A DNA stretch of 41,941 nucleotides. Origin: an uncultured Gammaproteobacteria bacterium (GTDB lineage: Bacteria; Patescibacteriota; Patescibacteriia; Patescibacteriales; UBA12465). Under the pieces are notes generated by a model. It ran no database searches. It saw nothing but the letters and a program-made list of their open reading frames with translations, and was not told the origin of the DNA. A program made the position numbers and the translations under genes. Positions within the stretch are counted from its first letter, which is position 1; each line of letters starts with the position of its first letter. This document shows positions 41,044 through 41,941 of this stretch, piece by piece. The stretch lies in contig CAZSAA010000003.1 in NCBI GenBank assembly GCA_964604915.1, positions 1 to 41,941 of the forward strand, given 5' to 3'.

Positions 41044-41277
41044 TTATCTCTGCGGATTGCTTTCGGGTAATTTTCCGGTCTTTCTCAAGTATTCATTCTT
41101 GGCACTAAGCTGCAAGCTCTTGAGCGCGTAGATTTTCTGTTGGCGCTTAGTCTTCTTGGCGCTGTAGTGCTGGATAGCTCTAGCCTTTTCCAAACGTTTG
41201 TTGTTCTTCAGGCCTCGCTTGAATTTACGCAAGAAACTTTCGAAACTTTCTCCCGGCTTCCTTTTAAAGTCAGCCAT
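41044..41277 (-). CDS. rpsU: 30S ribosomal protein S21
   Basis: From ATG 41277 the protein reads MADFKRKPGESFESFLRKFKRGLK... The ESFESFLRKFKR block matches the S21 signature (compare E. coli ESFDSALRRFKR). It is a small basic protein. Confidence 0.8.
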   Translation of the reverse strand: MADFKRKPGESFESFLRKFKRGLKNNKRLEKARAIQHYSAKKTKRQQKIYALKSLQLSAKNEYLRKTGKLPESNPQR

Positions 41278-41941
41278 ATAATCCACCTTCCTTTCTATTA
41301 TTTAATAAATTAACTTTCTTCAATAATTTGTCCTTGATCTTCTTGAAGGCGACCACTTCCTGGACGCCTGATTCCATATCACGAAGCTGGATGGTCTCAT
41401 CCATCACCTCTTTCTTCCCTAAGATCAAGCTGTATCTAGCGTGTAATTCCTGGGCTTCCTCCATCTGTAGCTTGAGACTATCGACGGCGAAAGACTGGCG
41501 TACGCTCATGCCCGCATTACGGAGTTCCTCGAACAGCAATAATGCCTTTATCTTCGCTTGGTTGCCCAACTGCGCGATGAATATCAATTCCTCATCCGGA
41601 TCGCCCAAAAATATATTCTTGTCCTTCACTTTGGCCACGGTCCTCTCCAAGCCAATCGCGATACCAACGCCAGAAACCGATTGCCCGGCCAACTGTTCGC
41701 CCAGGTAATCATAGCGTCCGCCGCCAGCTAAGGCAAGCTTTCCTTGAATCTGCCCGTTTTCACTCACCGGCCAGATCTCGAATACAGTATCATTATAATA
41801 ATTCAGGTTACGGACGAGATACGAATCGAAATTATAGGGGATATTGAGCTCGTCTAGGTATTCCATGACTTGCTTGAAGTGTTCCCGGCTCTCGTCCGAC
41901 CAATAGTCAGCGATTTGCGGCGCTTCGAGCTTCATCTTGAC
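41270..41941 (-). CDS. hisS: Histidine--tRNA ligase, C-terminal part (5' end beyond the window)
   Basis: Class II motif 3 / HisRS-specific block LAGGGRYDYL...GVGIAIGLER followed by an anticodon-binding domain. The frame stays open to the window edge. It overlaps the rpsU start by 8 nt. Confidence 0.85.
   Translation of the reverse strand, partial: VKMKLEAPQIADYWSDESREHFKQVMEYLDELNIPYNFDSYLVRNLNYYNDTVFEIWPVSENGQIQGKLALAGGGRYDYLGEQLAGQSVSGVGIAIGLERTVAKVKDKNIFLGDPDEELIFIAQLGNQAKIKALLLFEELRNAGMSVRQSFAVDSLKLQMEEAQELHARYSLILGKKEVMDETIQLRDMESGVQEVVAFKKIKDKLLKKVNLLNNRKEGGLYG

Noticed and set aside
1-41941. Alternative genetic code (UGA recoding, as in some CPR lineages)
   Set aside because: Long genes are uninterrupted under the standard code. 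TGA works as a real stop, for example at the ends of nrdR and paralog A, where the next gene's start follows within a few nt.

Overview
The window looks like a chromosomal segment from a small-genome anaerobic bacterium, most likely of the CPR/Patescibacteria type. The taxon call is inference from gene content only. The standard genetic code fits: long ORFs are intact and nrdR ends in TGA. Almost every gene lies on the minus strand.

Housekeeping content, in order:
- tRNA-Gln.
- An RlpA/DD-carboxypeptidase fusion followed by ftsE and ftsX.
- A tRNA-Gly and tRNA-Thr pair.
- An FtsB/DivIC-like gene and a processive GT2 synthase.
- A type IV pilin.
- An operon of small TM protein, soluble VirD4/TraD-like ATPase, DEDDh exonuclease and an unknown protein.
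- A class III ribonucleotide reductase operon (nrdR-nrdD-nrdG).
- An AT-rich Fic gene, bracketed by terminators.
- ftsA and ftsZ.
- Prepilin peptidase, a Wzy_C/O-antigen-ligase-like TPR protein, and secD/secF.
- clpP, a short Rel, rpsU and the 3' part of hisS.

The most unusual regions:
1. A ~15 kb co-directional surface-protein locus (24.4-39.5 kb). It encodes three giant cysteine-rich proteins of 1521, 1676 and 877 aa. Two of them start with the same VirB2/TrbC-like (T4SS-pilin-like) membrane module. The locus also holds two Ca-binding TSP3-like repeat proteins, two small paralogous membrane proteins and an unannotated 59-aa membrane ORF.
2. The nrdD gene carries a LAGLIDADG intein. Its glycyl-radical domain sits on a separate, unlisted 54-aa ORF with its own SD and a candidate promoter.
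3. The VirD4-like ATPase operon, whose ATPase has a CxxC-x17-CxxC zinc ribbon and is followed by the exonuclease and the unknown protein.

All calls come from reading motifs by eye. No database search was run.
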